Shown here one piece after another: positions 30,674-32,000 of a DNA stretch of 32,000 nucleotides (its first letter is position 1; each line of letters starts with the position of its first letter). The position numbers and the translations under genes were made by a program. The DNA comes from Wolbachia endosymbiont of Dirofilaria (Dirofilaria) immitis (GTDB taxonomy: Bacteria > Pseudomonadota > Alphaproteobacteria > Rickettsiales > Anaplasmataceae). Location of the stretch: the NCBI RefSeq assembly GCF_013365455.1, contig NZ_CP046578.1, positions 780,001-812,000 of the forward strand, given 5' to 3'. The notes below the pieces were generated by a model that worked only from the letters and a program-made list of their open reading frames with translations, made no database searches and was not told where the DNA came from.

Positions 30674-31421
30674 TGCTATGCAGTATCCTATTTAACCGCA
30701 AAGCAATAGGTATTCTAAAATTAAACGGTAACCAATCAACCTTTCTCAATTTAAACGATAAACCAACTATGCTTACACGCCCAATTATATTTTCCATTGG
30801 TACAAAACTAATTTCAGGAAATCTGCTATCAAAGGAATTATTTCTATTATCTCCTAAAACAAAAAATCGATTATTAGGAACATAATAAGCTGGGCTATTA
30901 TATGATAGTTCATTAGAAATACTATCTATTAAAATCTCATATTCTCTCTCATTTGGAAGTGTTTCTACGTATCTTGGTATGCTACGATTTAACTCATAGT
31001 CAAAGAAGTCTTCAACCCGTTTTCGCTTTACTTTCTGATTATTGAGGTATAGTTCTCCTTCTATCATTTGCACTTTATCACCTGGTATCCCTATTACCCG
31101 CTTAACAAACCTGATGCTGTCGTTTCTTGCAGGTTTAAAAACTATTATATCACCACGCTTTGGAGAAGTATAAAAGATTCTACTGTCAAAAACGTTCGGA
31201 GAAAACGGAAAGGAGTATCTACTGTAACCATATGAATATTTACTAGCAAAAATATAATCCCCCTCAAGCAGAGTGCTTTTCATAGAACCAGAATAGATAT
31301 GAAATGGCTCAAATAAAAAACTACGTACTGATAGCGCAATTAGCAACAAAAAAAATAATGAAGATAAAAACCTTCCTGTTCTCACTACCCAATCTTTCCT
31401 TAATTCCCTCAACTTTTTCAA
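30666..31421 (-). CDS. lepB: Signal peptidase I
   Basis: Single N-terminal transmembrane segment, YSGSMKSTLLEGDYIFASKYSYG (catalytic Ser), DSIRFVKRVIGIPGD (catalytic Lys), and FFVLGDNRNNSFDSR. Confidence 0.96.
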   Translation of the reverse strand: MKKLRELRKDWVVRTGRFLSSLFFLLLIALSVRSFLFEPFHIYSGSMKSTLLEGDYIFASKYSYGYSRYSFPFSPNVFDSRIFYTSPKRGDIIVFKPARNDSIRFVKRVIGIPGDKVQMIEGELYLNNQKVKRKRVEDFFDYELNRSIPRYVETLPNEREYEILIDSISNELSYNSPAYYVPNNRFFVLGDNRNNSFDSRFPEISFVPMENIIGRVSIVGLSFKLRKVDWLPFNFRIPIALRLNRILHSIM

Positions 31422-31556
31422 CTTTGCTTTTCCTATAAATGAAATTTATTATACCATGTAAAAGTGGCAACGCAAAATTTACTCATGGATGTTATTTCCC
31501 TGCTACTAAATCTGAATTACATAAATTAGCTTCACTACTTACACTTTAAAAAGCTT

Positions 31557-31775
31557 TTGTTACCTGCTTTGAATAATAAATATTTGAAATTAATAAAAGC
31601 TAAAATATTAGCTAAAATTTATAAACTATACTTAATAAATAAGGGAATTCAATATACTTTACCTAATATAGCAAAGATTAAACTTCAGTATGTCGGTCAC
31701 TTTAGGTTGCAGACATTAAAGGAATTATTCGCTTCTACAAAAAACAGAAACATTAAAGAGTTTTTTTTAGGATAA
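31557..31775 (+). CDS. Hypothetical small basic ORF (72 aa)
   Basis: Open frame only, non-ATG start, Lys/Asn/Ile-rich composition expected by chance in this AT-rich background. Confidence 0.15.
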   Translation: MLPALNNKYLKLIKAKILAKIYKLYLINKGIQYTLPNIAKIKLQYVGHFRLQTLKELFASTKNRNIKEFFLG

Positions 31776-32000
31776 CAATAAAATTAACGATAAAAGTGCA
31801 AAAAAAATCAGTTGAACTAACATATTTACTTTGCTTGAGTTAAAGAATAGCAAAATTAGTAAAAATAATAAGCTGTCTATTATAATTGCTTATGCTGGCT
31901 TACTGGTTGAATTTAGATATAACTTCATATGGGGCTGTTGCCTTACCTCCCAGCTATTTTGTGTCACTGGAGTAAAAAAACTTAGGCAAGCTTTCAAACA

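Noticed and set aside
1-32000. CRISPR arrays, tRNA/rRNA genes, transposases, toxin-antitoxin or restriction-modification genes
   Set aside because: Reading both strands showed no regularly spaced repeats, no convincing T-arm/cloverleaf candidates and no such protein motifs. tRNAscan-SE and Infernal would be needed to exclude small RNAs formally.

Overview
AT-rich chromosomal window from an alphaproteobacterium of the order Rickettsiales, most likely an Anaplasmataceae member (Wolbachia/Ehrlichia-like); this placement is inferred from gene content and protein style. About 20 intact genes are supportable. They are sucB, a P-loop kinase-like ORF, tsaB, sodB, an M16 peptidase, a cytochrome b561-like gene, a nitronate monooxygenase-like gene, a small auxiliary T4SS cluster (VirB2-like ORF, second-type VirB4, 948-aa Cys-rich exported protein), pdhC, a compact rpsP-polyprenyl synthetase-grpE-trpS cluster, ftsY, iscU-iscA-hscB-hscA, and lepB. 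By summing listed coordinates, only about 64% of the window is intact coding sequence, and several long gaps look like decayed genes. The most interesting signals are: (1) the auxiliary T4SS island, with an Arg-for-Lys Walker A in VirB4 and a large exported protein that has an internal duplication and a degenerate glycine-rich-like domain but no VirB6 channel; (2) a fragmented KAP-family P-loop NTPase, one frame break lying at an A9 tract; (3) an HscB that appears to lack the HPD motif while IscU and HscA keep theirs; (4) a probable decayed SLC1-type (GltP-like) symporter next to tsaB. I found no convincing CRISPR array, tRNA, rRNA or intact transposase. I did not find a clearly novel defence or genetic system.
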